64,000 nt of DNA from Octopus vulgaris (GCA_951406725.2 OX597814.1:82646001-82710000), one strand, 5' to 3'. Positions 12,103-24,553 are shown, numbered from the stretch's first letter. Notes: generated by a model not told the origin, from the letters alone. Made by a program: numbers and translations.

Positions 12103-13759
12103 GTTTGAAAGATAGAATCAAAATGAGTTTGAAGAATGAAATAAAAATCAGGTTGTGGTTGAGCATATCAATGCGATCACTGTAGTAAGCTTCTCCCAAA
12201 AGATCTATTTCATCTAGACAAGGTCATGTAGCAATGAGTTACATGTAATGTATATTAAATATGGCTGGGAAAAACAGATGCAAAATGATGACAATGAGTA
12301 TGATGAAGGCGATAGCAGTAGGAGGTAGTGCTTGTAGTTGCAGTTGTAGTAGTGATGATGAGGTTGATGGTAGCAATGACATCAAAAAACATTGATGATG
12401 ATGCAGCAAAAGTAATTGATACGCATGCCACTTGTTGGATTGTTTGGTTAAGAACAATGGGGTCATTCTGAAGGAGTCTCAGACCTCTCATTCAGTAGTT
12501 TGCATGTCTGTTTCAATGTTTAGAGAGAGATAGTCAAGTTCAATGACAGCACTGAAACCTAACTCAACTAAATATGATGTTTAAAAGTCAATTGGTAATA
12601 GTAATATGTATGTCTTACATATCATGTATATACTACAGAAAATAGTGGCACTAGTTGCCGGTGGATGCTTACTACTGATAACGTGCAAATAAACAGAAAT
12701 CTAGAGTTAGCAATTCCACTACTGCTGTTGGCTAATTTTCCTATTCTACTGATATTAGCACTATACATTTATACAAGATACTTTCTCAAGAAGAATACTG
12801 TAGTTGTGTGGCTTTCTACAGTATATCCACATTAAGATATGTAGAATACTATTTTGAATGAATATTACCATAACAAATTAAAAATATCTAATAACAAATA
12901 ACAAATTAATAACAAATTAAAAATATCTTCTCTGCTTTATTCTACAAAATGCTTGAAATCAAAATTATGGAAATGAAATTTTTGAACACAGGCAATAGTT
13001 CAGTGTTATTTTGGAGCAATGTTATTACTTCTATCTTTTGGTTTCCCCAATACATGTAACAAAAATTTGATTTATCATTTAGTCTGGAATTTGCATCAAA
13101 AGAAAATCCAGAAATCTCTTATCTATATTTTTACTGTAGCTCATCTTTTTGTTCACAGTATCATTCTAGTATTGTTTCCCTTTTCTATCTCAGATAGATT
13201 TGGAAATAGGAAGAGTTATTGACAGTCTATGTTGTGTTTGAATATTAATAATTAAGATATATGCAGACAACTGACTCAACTTTTATGAGAGTCACACAAT
13301 TCCATTATAGTGGTAAATTATCTTCTTTGAACATTATATAATATCATGATTGATATTTTTGTTTAATCCTTGAGCTTCATAAAAATGTAAGGAAAACAGT
13401 AATGCAGATGTCCATGATCCAACTGTTGTGTATCTTTGTGGCAAGGTTTACTTCCCTATGAAAATTTGTTCAACTAATCTCTTGTAGATTAGAGCTCTTG
13501 AAATATGGTTTTACTGGAACTTGTCAGAATAAATATTTCCTCAAAGCTATAGAGTCAGAAACAGAATTTGAGCTGCTGAGTTGGTCTGGTTAATCTGAAG
13601 CTAGTCATATACCTATCCAGACGGGGTAACTTGCCTAGACCAGTGTAAATCTCCCATGCCAGACGTTCTGAGTGAATGATGAAGCATGAGTGTCTGGCCA
13701 GAGTTCTAGTCATTTGTCTTTTGCTAGATGAAATATCTTATATGTGTGCACCACAATTA

Positions 13760-14802
13760 TGAGGTGGCATCAAAAAGTTTCCAGATTAGTTATGTAGTAT
13801 GCCAACAGACGGCAGCACACAGTTGCATGTGCAGTGAGAGCTAGCAGTGACTTTCATGAGGCAGTGTGTCAAGTGACATCACTGTGTTTACTTTGTAAGT
13901 TGTGAAATTTGTGTTTTTGTGATAACATGTATGCTGTAGTCTGTGATTTTTATCACAGACTGGATGTTAGAATATTAAACCAAAGTGAAATCTTCTGTTA
14001 AGCTTGGGAAGTCTACTACAGAGGCATTAAGCATGCTTTGGAAGGCAACGAGCTGGAAGAATCGTTAGCACACCAGGCAAAATGCTTAGCGTATTTCATC
14101 TGTCTTTACGTTCTGAGTTCAAATTCCGTCAAGGTTGACTTTGCCTTTCATCCTTTCGAGGTCGATAAATTAAATACCAGTTGCATACTGGGGTCGATCT
14201 AATCAACTGGCCCCTGCCCCCAAATTTCAGGCCTTGTGACTATAGTAGAAAGGATTAAGCATGCTTTGGCAAGCTTATGACAATGAGGCAATGGATCATA
14301 TGCAACAGAAGAACATCCCTCATGGTCTTTTCTGACATTTGCGGTATTGTGCATGATGAATTCATCCCCCAGGGCCAGACCATCAATTGAGAGTTCTATT
14401 GCATCATTTTGAAGCATTTGAAGGAGAACATTGAGTAAAAGCCACCGGATCCGTGGAGCACAAAGAATTGAATTCTTCACCATGACAATGCACCCTGTCA
14501 CCGAGCTCTACTCACTTGTAAGTTTCTCACCAAAAGCAACATAATATTGTTTCTGCACCTGCCCTGTTTGCCAGATTTTGCACCTGTGAACTTCTATCAC
14601 TTTCTTAAGATGAAAATGCAGCTCTTAGGTCACCATTTTAACACCACTGTTGAAATGAAGAGCAAATTGCAGAAGATTCTTGACTTACTTACAGAAAATG
14701 GCTTCCAGGCCAGATTTCAAATGTGACAGGAATACTGAGACCGGTGTATTGCTGTGCAAGGTGACTATTTTGAAAGAGATGATGTTAAAACTTAGGTAAA
14801 TA
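13760..14802 (+). mobile_element. Mariner remnant with left TIR, interrupted by a SINE
   Basis: TA-TGAGGTGGCATCAAAAAGTTTCC TIR, with ILHHDNAPCHRAL and EFIPQGQTIN transposase motifs. Confidence 0.85.
14042..14253 (+). mobile_element. SINE family B inserted in mariner, with 16-bp TSD
   Basis: TSD ATTAAGCATGCTTTGG at 14026-14041 and 14254-14269. Confidence 0.9.
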
Positions 14803-15314
14803 GAAATCCTATTCTTTACACTCCACAGATCTGGTTGCTTTTGCCAAATGTCTTCCCTTAAACACTTCAAAATGTCATTGATTGTCCTCCGACAATCCTT
14901 ATGCACAAGCTGATGAATTTCCTCCACATTTCCGGGAGTGATGCTCTTGGCAGGTTTTCCAGAACATTCATCATTTTCCAGGGATGTTCTTCCACTTTTG
15001 AAGTGCAAGTACCACTTGAGATATTGTATGACCCATTGCCTTGTTGCTGTAAGCTTGCCAAAGCATGTTCAATGTCTTTGTGGCAGACTTCCCAAGTTTA
15101 ATGCAAAATTTCATGTTGGCACTTTGTTCCAACTTCCTGTCCATGACAAAAATCGCAGTATACAGGTGATCACAAAAACACAAATTTTACAACTTGCAAA
15201 GTAAACACAGTGATATCACTCATCACATTATCTCATGAGGGTAATTGCTAGCTCTCACTGCACATGCAGTTGGTACACTACAGAACTAGTCCAGGAACTT
15301 TTCATACTACCCTG
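14803..15314 (-). mobile_element. Mariner remnant, 5' half, inverted and fused to the previous copy
   Basis: MDRKLEQSANMKFCIKLGKSATKTLNML and FKSGRTSLENDECSGKP. TIR ends ...TACTACCCTG-TA. Confidence 0.85.
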
Positions 15315-15718
15315 TATATCTGTATTTGCTATTAATATATATATATATATTGCTCTAACGACCCTCCATGTTTGTTTTAATTTGGTTTCCTTGTATGTCT
15401 CCACTGTCATGTTTTTGTTCCCAACTTTGACCCTCCATAAATCCTAAATATTATTTTTGAATCTATGGGAGCAACTGTCTTTGAAGATTCATATTGTCAT
15501 TGAATATTTGAAATGAAGAGTAGATAGACAGCCAACATCTGGTGAAAGGTCCTTTCTCTGTGTTTACTTGTCCTGTTTACCATTTTTTCTTGTTTACCTA
15601 CTTAACTTGTTTGTTCTCGTATTTTTTTGTTATTTGCACCATTTGTGATGTCCTGTACCTATATATGTATGTATACATACATACACACACACACATATAT
15701 ATAATTTACTATTTATTA

Positions 15719-15877
15719 TTTGCTTTTAGATGCTACCATATAGGTGCTTTTATGTGGAACTGCACAGGCACTTTTATGTGGAACCACATGGGCACTTTTA
15801 CATGACACCACATGAACACTCTTACGCAGTGTCACACAGATGCTTTTATGTGGCACAGCATGAGTGATTTTACATGG
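15719..15877. repeat. 24-bp minisatellite, ~6.5 copies
   Basis: GGCACTTTTATGTGGAACCACATG-like units start at 15743, 15767, 15791, 15815 and 15839. Confidence 0.85.
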
Positions 15878-16035
15878 GGTTGATTTTGACATGGTACTGG
15901 TCCAGAACTCTTGCAGGTCAATCCTCAAGCTGGAGGAACCAGCCTTAACACTTTTGCTGTGGAGTATGGGCCTTCTTGGTAAAAAAAAATTTCTATTTGT
16001 CAAGAAAATTTATCTTAAATGTAATTTATATAAAT

Positions 16036-16200
16036 TGTTGTGTGGATGCCCCCAGATGATGAAGTAGGCTAGCCCAATACGTAGATATAGAGGGAAAAGC
16101 CTAGACGTCAGGAGAGCAGTTGGTAGACTAGAACAGAGAGTAGAGTAGCAGTAGATAGTCGAAATTGAGTAGTAGAGGCATCCGAATGTGTGACATAACA
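16036..16200. mobile_element. Short solo LTR (165 bp)
   Basis: TGTTGTGT...ACATAACA termini (7/8 inverted match) and a 5-bp TSD TAAAT on both sides. Confidence 0.65.
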
Positions 16201-16637
16201 TAAATATGATTTGTTCAACATCTTCATTGAACTGTAAACAAATTTAGTTTGCATAATTTTAACCATATCACAGTAAGTTTTTTTAATTGCTGGGTCTAAC
16301 AGAAAGAGGAAGATCTTCACAGACTCTCCCTCCTAAACCAATGAGATTAATTCTACTAAATCTTTTCTTGAACCTTTGTAAGTCATCACCAGCGAGAAAG
16401 ACATGAGCAGGGAGAGAATTTTAGACAGCCATTGTTCTGGAAGGAAGAAGTGGGTGTGGTGATAAGTGTGAAGACTTGGTGAAGAGGAGTTTAGCACTAC
16501 AAAATGATGAGAGAAGGAGAGACAAATGGGATGGAAATACTTAAATCAAATCAACGTGGCATGAGTTTGACCAGTTCTGATAGCAGAGACCATTATAATA
16601 GCTGTGGAAAAGGCAGAGAGAGAGGGAGAGAGAGGGG

Positions 16638-16669
<32 letters not shown>

Positions 16670-16856
16670 GAGAGAAAGAGAGAGAGAGAGAGGAAGAGAG
16701 AAAGAGATAGAGAGAGAAAACGAGAGAGAGTTGGTTGCTGAGATGTAACAGAGTATAAGCTGTTTTGGCACAGCCATTTTGCCATCACCTATTTGGCATT
16801 TCTCATTCAACACTGACTTATTTAACATCAAATGCTTTAATATTTCTCCCATTTAA

Positions 16857-17064
16857 GGTGTGAGCTTGCAGAATCATTAGCACACCGGGTGAAATGCAAA
16901 GCACCATTTAGTCTGTCTTTCCATTCCGAGTTCAAATTCTACCAAGGTTAACTTTGCCTTCCATCCTCCTGGGATCAATAAAATAAGTACCAGTTGAATA
17001 CTGGGGTCGATGTAATCGACTTACACCCTCTCCCAAATTACTGGCCTTGTGCCAAAATTTGAAA
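16857..17064 (+). mobile_element. SINE family B with 20-bp TSD
   Basis: TTAATATTTCTCCCATTTAA at 16837-16856 and 17065-17084. Confidence 0.9.
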
Positions 17065-17627
17065 TTAATATTTCTCCCATTTAATGGGTCTCTTGTTCTC
17101 TCAAACCACCTCTCTCTCTCTTTCTTTCTCTCACTCTCTCTCTCTGTTATGTGTGTGAGTATATGTAATGTTTGGCTGTCTGTCTCTTCTTCTCTCACTC
17201 TCATTCTCACTATCTGTTTGCGTATATTTTTCCTTCCAGTGTCAAATATGCTGTCAGCAGAACAGGTTGAATGTCAAGTCAGCCATACCATATCATTAGT
17301 GTCCAAACAGCCATACCCAGTCATCCCATTCAGGCAATAACTTAGGAAGAGCCAGAGCCAACATGTTTGCCTTCTACACAACTTCCCAACTTGTTGAATG
17401 TTGCACTCCAATACCATTCAGTAAATTTCCTTGCTACCATTAAAATATATAAATGTTATAAGCCCTAATTGTGGAATAGCAAACATCATCCTCACTAGTC
17501 ATGGACCAATATATGACTAAAGTTTTTGAAATCACTGCAAATTCTAGGCATTCTTTACAATCTCTGGTAACACTGCATAACACAATTTTTGTCCTTGAGT
17601 AGCAACTGTTATTTCCTATTTGCTTAC

Positions 17628-17992
17628 TCCTAGAAATTATGAAAAATGGCTAATATTTCCTTCAAACTTTGCTTTTGTTACATTTATTCAAACCCCAAAG
17701 AATCCCTCTCAACACATGGCTATGGTGCTCTCCTACTACTGCTGCTTATGATCAGCGATGCACATATTGTCAGTCACTAAGGGACATGCTCAAGTGGTTA
17801 AGGTCAAGCGAGTGACAAGCAGATCTATGGTATTGAGCAGAATATGTGCTATAACGATATTTCCGCTTCAGCAACTCAGCGCTGAATCTGATTGAAATGT
17901 AATGGAAAATTGATAAGTTTTAAAACAATGATATCCAGGTGACAAAAGCAAAGTTTGAAGGGAACAATAGTAATTTCCTTTGATTTCTAGAT
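17628..17992. mobile_element. MITE with ~50-bp terminal inverted repeats
   Basis: CTAGAAAT...CCTTCAAACTTTGCTTTTGT.AC at the left end and its reverse complement GTGACAAAAGCAAAGTTTGAAGG...ATTTCTAG at the right end. Confidence 0.8.
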
Positions 17993-18089
17993 AGAAGCAA
18001 ATAGGAAATAAAACCTAACCAAAGACAAACAAAAAGAAATTAAAATTTTGTTACACAGTGTAATATCTTATGGTGACCTTACAAATCAT

Positions 18090-18645
18090 TATCCTCCTCA
18101 TTATCATCATTTAAAATCCTCTTTTTCCATGCTTGCATGGGTTGGACAGAATTTGTTGTGACAAATTTTCTACTGTCAAATTCTCATTCTGTCATCAACA
18201 CTCACCTGTTTCCTAGCAAGACAATATTTTCCATGCCCAGACATGTTTTTCACAGAAGACTGGAAACAAATAACGTCACTTGTATGATGATGATACTCAT
18301 TTAAAGCCATCACATGATGTCGATACAAGGGTACACACACATACACATATACACATGCATACTTACATATATGCATGCACGCATAAATCTATCTATAAAA
18401 TCATCATCACTATCATTTTAACATTCACTTTTCTATGCTTCCATGCGTTGGAAGGAGTTTATTGAGGCAGATCATTTACAGTTGGATGCCCTTCCTGTTG
18501 CCAACCCTCACCTCTTTCCTGGCAAGATGATATTTTACATGGCTAGACATGTAAAATATTATTCATGTTGGAAATGAATAATACCATTTGTATGACAATG
18601 ACAATCACTTTATAACTAACACATGATGTCAAGACAAGGGGACAC
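18090..18645 (-). mobile_element. Two tandem RTE-tail-bearing short repeats
   Basis: Each begins with (CAT)n-TTTAA...TTTCCATGC and shares the GGATGCCCTTCCTGTTGCCAACCCTCACCT and TGGAAA..AATA...TTGTATGA blocks. Confidence 0.55.
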
Positions 18646-19285
18646 ACACACACACTCACATGCACTCTCTGTGTCTCCCTCTGCCTTCTACCACTTTTCT
18701 CCATTCTACTACTGACATGTGACCTGTGGCCATTGTCATTTTATTCTCTTTACTCTTTCCTTTACACACTGACCACCAAAGTGACTGGTTGTATTTTCTC
18801 TAGTCTCCCACTTTCAACCCATTTTGCTGTCTATCTGTTGTCCTGTTTCTAGTGTTTTAGGATATTCCTCCTGGTGTTAACCATGTTTTCATCTCTTGTC
18901 TGGCCCTAAGGCCATGATCTGTATATTTATTTCAGTTTGTATGTCCATATTTTGTCTTGTTTGTTTCCGTCTTTGTCCTTTGTCCATCCACTAATGGTCT
19001 TGTCTCGAATCATATGTCTACTCTCTGCATTGCATATCTATTTACTTCTTGTTTGTTCACTTTCTGTCTTGTTTGGTCCCTTGTTCATTGGCTTGCCATT
19101 TCTCAGCAGCTTCTTGCTGCCAGTGCCACCAGGAGGGATGTAATATTATTGTTGAAGGTGTGAAATTGTGTTTGACCCTCTGGCTGATAACTGATGACGA
19201 TTTGGTGACCTTCTGTGTCTGTTTTCCATTTGTTTGTGTATTCATTATATATCTTTTAACTTACTATATATATATAGTAATATTA

Positions 19286-19685
19286 ATATTTCTAAGTCTC
19301 TCTAGAGGAAACTACAGCAGCGGTACTGGATATTAATAGTTATCACCAAGCTAATATGGCAGCCAAGAAATATAGGACGAATGCTGCTGTTGATTAGCTC
19401 CAAGAGGCCATTGCCTCTAGCTAGCTATGTGACACACGAACACATGTCCATTATAACCTTCGAACAGGGGAGGTCAGCCGCTTCCCCTTGCTGGTCAGGC
19501 ATCTGCAGACTAGTTTCAGAGTATTTGCCCTTTATCAATGCAGAGCAGCCAAAACCAGTAGGCATCGCTACTGACCGTCTGTTTGAAGGATTATTTACCT
19601 AAATTCAGTGGAATACATCCACTGGTTTTCAAAAATAGAAATATTATATTTCTAAGTCTCTCTAAAGGAGACTATGGCAGCGGTA
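19286..19685 (-). mobile_element. Penelope-like / retrozyme-like 360-bp unit with terminal direct repeat
   Basis: ATATTTCTAAGTCTCTCTA.AGGA.ACTA..GCAGCGGTA at 19286 and 19646 (period 360), with an internal hammerhead. Confidence 0.6.
19503..19543 (-). ncRNA. Degenerate minimal hammerhead ribozyme motif
   Basis: ctgca-TTGATAA-agggc-aaat-actct-GAAACTAGT-C-tgcag: perfect 5-bp stem I, palindromic stem III ACTAGT, GTC cleavage triplet, two transitions in the CUGAUGA core. Confidence 0.65.
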
Positions 19686-19715
19686 TATATAGAGACGGTG
19701 GTGGTGGGAGGCTAC

Positions 19716-20067
19716 CAGATAGCAGTGATACAGAGGAACAGGGCCATGAGGACAGAATTGGGGAGTGAGAGGTAGGCATGGTGTATGAAGGAGGAAATGT
19801 GAGGAAGAGAAGAGATGTAGATTGTTTTGTTGGGGTAGGGTGAGTGAAAAGTTTTCTTGTTACGTGTGGGTGGAACACACAGGTCAGAGGCTAGTGGAAA
19901 GCAATGATACTGTGGCACAGGGCTAAAAGGACAGGATTGGGGAATGAGAGGTAAGCATAATGCATGAAGTGAAAATGTGAAGAAGAGAAGAGATGTAAGG
20001 ACGTGGTTTGGTTTTTTGTGATAGTGTGTGAGAGGTTTTCTTGTTAAGTGTGAGTAAGACACATAGC
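19716..20067. repeat. Two diverged tandem copies of a ~180-bp unit
   Basis: AGCA.TGATAC.G.GG.ACAGGGC...AAATGTGA.GAAGAGAAGAGATGTA...GTTTTCTTGTTA.GTGTG occurs twice. Confidence 0.8.
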
Positions 20068-20074
20068 ATTTCTA

Positions 20075-21440
20075 GAATTCAATTTTGCTGATGTGGTTGG
20101 GTCTTCTCAAGATATTCATATCACCAGACATCTCAGTCCATTGTCATTTCCTCCATGAGGCCCAACATCCTGGGATCAAGCCTTACCACTTCATCCTATG
20201 TCTTCCCAGGTCTCCTTCTTCTGTGGGAACTGTCCACTTTCAGTGATTGGCACTTCTTTATGCAGCTGTTCTCATTCATATGCATCACATGTCCAAACCA
20301 ATTTAGTTTTCTCTCTTGCATGCGACATTTGATTCCACTTATACCCAAATTTTCTCTCAATACTTTTGCACTTTGCTGTACATGTGCACTGATGTTGCAC
20401 ATCTAACAGAGAATGCTACCTTCATTTCTCTCCAGTATAAGCATGTCTTTTGCATTCAGAGCTCATGTCTCACTACCATGGAGTATAGCTGTTCACACGC
20501 AAGCATCATATAGTCTACCTTTCACTCTGAGAGGGAGTCTTTTGTTGCCAACAGAGGTAATAGCTCTCTGAACTTCTTCCATCCAATTCTTATTCCAGAA
20601 ACAATACTTTCAGAGCATCCTCCACCATTGTTAATTTGGTCATTGAGGTACCAGAAACTATCTACAACCTCAAGAGAGCATTTGAGAGAATCTAAGTCTC
20701 ATGTGCTCTTAGTGCTTATTGTTCCTGCACATCTTCCACATATAAAGACGACTTTATCTGTTAATCTACCTGTGATTTATGTGTCCATAGTTTACACTGG
20801 GAGTTCTTCCAACTCCTTTCTCAAGGCTATTTACCTGATGAATAGAGAGTTTTATCTTCTTTCTTACTAACAACAACTTTAGTTTTAGCTAGGTTAAGTT
20901 TAAGGCCCTTTGATTCCAGGTTTTGTTTCCATACCTGAAATTTCTTCTCCAATTCTGCTAAATTTTCTGCAAAAAGAGCAAGGTTATCAGCATATAGTAG
21001 TTCCCATGGGTACCCAGTTTTGAATTCCTCTGTTATGGCCTGGAGGACTATAATGAATATGAGTGGGCTGAGAACTGAACCCTGGTGAACCCCTACCTGT
21101 ATGCTAAATTCATCATTGTATTCATGGCTGACTCTCACCTTACTGATGGCACCACTGTACATGGCTTGTACAGCTCTAACAAGCCACTCCTCTACTCCTA
21201 ACTTTCTTAGAGACCACCATATAACAGAGCAGGGAACTCTGTCGAAAGCTTTCTCCAGGTCAACGAAGGCTAAGTACAATGGCTTACTTTGGCCAAGTAC
21301 TTTTCTTGCAGCTGTCTCACTATGAAGATGGCACCTGTGGTACTCTACTCAGGCACAAAACCATACTGCATCTCATCTAGCTTAATTCTATTTCAAATCA
21401 ATTTAGCTATAACCCTCTCAGTAACTTTCATGACTTGGTC
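20075..21440 (-). pseudogene. RTE-clade LINE, 5'-truncated and decayed (RT to C-terminus)
   Basis: AFVDLEKAFDRVP, GVHQGSVLSPLIF and ELLYADNL (20827-21279); RKLNWFGHVMHM and RRRPGKT. Confidence 0.9.
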
Positions 21441-21451
21441 TGTGTGTATAT

Positions 21452-21661
21452 ATTCTTTTATTCTTTTGCTTGTTACAGTCATTTGACTGTGGCCATGCTA
21501 GAGCACTACCTTTTGTCAAACAAATCAAGCCTAGGATTTATTCTTTGTAAGCCTTGTATTTATTCTACTGGTCTCTTGTGCTGAACCGCTAAGTTACGGG
21601 GACCTAAACACACCAACATTAGTTGTCAAGCGATGGTGGGGGGACAAACACAGATACACAA

Positions 21662-21720
<59 letters not shown>

Positions 21721-21880
21721 TGGGTTTCTTTCAGTTTTCATCTGCCAAATCCACTCACAAGGGTTTGGTTGGCCCAAGGCAATAGTAGAATACACTTTCC
21801 TAAGGTGCCATGCAGTGGAACTGAACCTGGAACCATGTAGTTAAGAAGCAAGCTTCTTACCACACAGCCACTCCTGCACC
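21452..21880 (-). mobile_element. SINE family A, full length, followed by a second head fragment (21950-22105)
   Basis: Head, internal (CA)n and the CAGTCATTTGACTG tail are all present. Confidence 0.85.
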
Positions 21881-22279
21881 TAAAAATATGGAATGCTTCA
21901 TGAATTTGCATGTCATCCTTGTGCAAGAGGATATATAACATATATATATGATGGGCTTGCTTCAGCTACTGTCTACCAAATTCACTCATAAGGCTTTGAT
22001 TGGCCTTGGGCTATAGTTGAAGACACTAGACCAAAGTGTTACGCAGTGGGATTGAACCTGGGACCATACAGTTAGGAAGTAAACTTCTTAGCACATAACT
22101 ACACATGCATCTATTTATTACACACACACACACATGCATAAGATTAGTTAGTTGTCCATAAATCATAAATAACAGCATACTCAATTTAAGCAATAGCATG
22201 GGCATATCAGTTGCCAAACCATCTCTTTTTCTTTATCTCTCTCTCTCCCTCCTTTTTTCTCTCTTTCTCTCTCTCTTTC

Positions 22280-22329
<50 letters not shown>

Positions 22330-22734
22330 GATTTATTAAACACTTGTGGAGATAATCTCCCCACTTGTTTTACATTTGTACTCTGTGCTCAAAGTAGCAG
22401 AATGGAACTACAAAAAGAAATCTGAAATAATAAAGCTTTTATTCTTCAGATATGGATCTTTTGAAATATGACCGAACATATTGAGTTCTAAACATTGGTT
22501 ATATGTCATGATTAATAAATCACACCACACAAAAATAATATATGTATTAATTAATAAATGAATGACAAGAGAAAAGGAGACATGTAATCACTTACATTAG
22601 CTCACACCTGTTAGAACTATAAATGTCAGTGTGACCTTAATATTAAGATCTCTACTGATCTGCTGTTTGTTTTTTAGTATATTGAACTCTTACAACTGCT
22701 ACCTCTATGGCTAAGTGGAATCTTATATATACAG

Positions 22735-23140
22735 GTGCATGAGCGGTAGTGTGGTAAGAAGCTTGCTTCCCAACCACATGGTTCCAGGTTCAGTCCCACT
22801 GCATAGCACTATAGGCAAGTGTCTTCCACTGTTGCCTTGGACGACCAAAGCCTTGTTAGTGGATTTGATAGACGGAGTCTGAAAGAACCCCATCAAGTAT
22901 ATATACGTATATGTATATATCTATGTGTTGGTATCTTTGTGTCTGTGTTTGTCCTGCACCACTGCTTGACAACTGGTGTTGGTGTGTTTATATCCACGTT
23001 ATTTAGCAGTTTGGCTAAAGAGATCGATAGAATAAAAAATAAAAAGTACTGGGGTCGATTTGCTTGACTAAAATTCTTCAGGGCAGTGCTCCAGCATGGC
23101 CACAGTCTAAAGACTAAACAAGTAAAAGAATAAAAGAATA
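22735..23140 (+). mobile_element. SINE family A, full length
   Basis: GTAGTGTGGTAAGAAGCTTGCTTCCCAACCACATGGTTCCAGGTTCAGTCCC head; tail GCAGTGCTCCAGCATGGCCACAGTC...AAACAAGTAAAAGAATAAAAGAATA. Confidence 0.9.
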
Positions 23141-23164
23141 TATATATATATATATATATGTATA

Positions 23165-24070
23165 TCAACAACATCACCCTCATCATCATCATTTAATGTC
23201 CACTTTCCATGCTGGCATGGGTTGAACAGTTTAACTGGAAACTGGTAAACTGTGGGGCTGCACCAGGTTCCAATCTGATTTGGCAAGGTTTCTATAATTG
23301 GATGCCCTTTCTAATACCAACCACTCTGAGAGTGTAGTGGGTGTTTTTTATGTGCCACTACTACGGTCTCACTTTGCTTGACAGGTCAACACAAGTACAG
23401 TATATCACCAAGTGTCTTGGTCACCTGTCATTACCTCCATGAGGCCCAATGCTTGAACGGTGCTTTTTGCGTGCCACCGGCATGGGTGCCAGTCAGATGA
23501 CACTGGTATTGGTCACAACTACGATTTCATTTGGTCTGACAGGTCTTTACAAGCACAGCATATCACCCAATGATTGAAAGGTGCTTTTAACAGGCCAGTT
23601 ATGTGACACTGGCATCGGCCACCACTATGATTTCACTTGGCTTGATGTCACTTCCTCCATGAGGCCCAATGCATGAATGGTGCTTTTTACATGCCACCAG
23701 CACAGGTGCCAATCATATAGCACTGACATCAGCCAGGACTACGATTTCACTCAGTTTGACAGGTCTTCACAAGCACAGCATATCACTCAACGATTGAAGG
23801 GTGCTTTTAATGGGCCAGTTACATGATACTGGCATCGGGCTATGACTATGATCTCACTTGGCTTGATGGGTCTTCTTAAGCATAGCATATCTCCAAAGTT
23901 CTTGGTCACTTGTCATTTGAAGATCATACTTCAACACCTCATCCCATGTCTTCCTGGGTCTACCTCTTCCACAGGTTTCCTCCACCGTTTGAGTGCAACA
24001 CTTCTTCACTCAGCTGTCCTCATCCATATGCATCAAATGGCCATACCAGTTCAGTCATCTCTCTTGCACA
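23165..24070 (-). mobile_element. RTE LINE 3' fragment with an internally repetitive 3' UTR
   Basis: C-terminal GRGRPRKTWDEV coding remnant at ~23930-23975, a 220-bp internal duplication, and a (GAT)n tail. Confidence 0.8.
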
Positions 24071-24081
24071 CACAGATATAA

Positions 24082-24293
24082 AGGTGTCGAGCTGGCAGAA
24101 TCATTAGCATGCCGGGAAAAATGCTTCATGGTATTCATCATCTGTCTTTATGATCTGAGTTCAAATTCTGTCAGAGTTGATTTTAACTTTCATCTTGTCT
24201 ATAAAATAAGTACCAGTCAAGCACTGGGGTCAATTTAATTGCCTTAGCCCTTCCCCTGAAATTGCTGGCTTTGTGCCAAAGTTTCAAACCAAT
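24082..24293 (+). mobile_element. SINE family B
   Basis: GAGCTGGCAGAATCATTAGC...GAGTTCAAATTC...TTGTGCCAAAGTTTCAAACCAATA. Confidence 0.85.
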
Positions 24294-24514
24294 ACACACA
24301 CACAGATACACACACATATACACTCATACACATAATAAAATATATATATTATTATGTTATGATGATTCTTAAGAATCAAGGCACATCAGCTTGTAGGACA
24401 CCAAAAATGGTTAGGTACGATAACATAGAGCTTACTGTGAAATAAACAGCATCAAAGACATCAATTGTTAGTAGGATGTCATAGTTATGCAAGTATTAAA
24501 TCCAATTCATAATC

Positions 24515-24553
24515 AACTAGAAAAGCACTTGGAGAGCGCAGACCTTCGCCAAA
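24515..24553 (-). mobile_element. Helentron/HINE-like terminus
   Basis: AACTAGAAAAGCACTTGGAGAGCGCAGACCTTCGCCAA resembles, from recall only, termini of non-autonomous Helentron-type repeats. It is followed by degenerate trinucleotide tracts. Confidence 0.4.

Noticed and set aside
12665-12715. Hammerhead-like strings (also 15476-15530 and 43381-43415)
   Set aside because: Too many core or stem mismatches to support without a family consensus.
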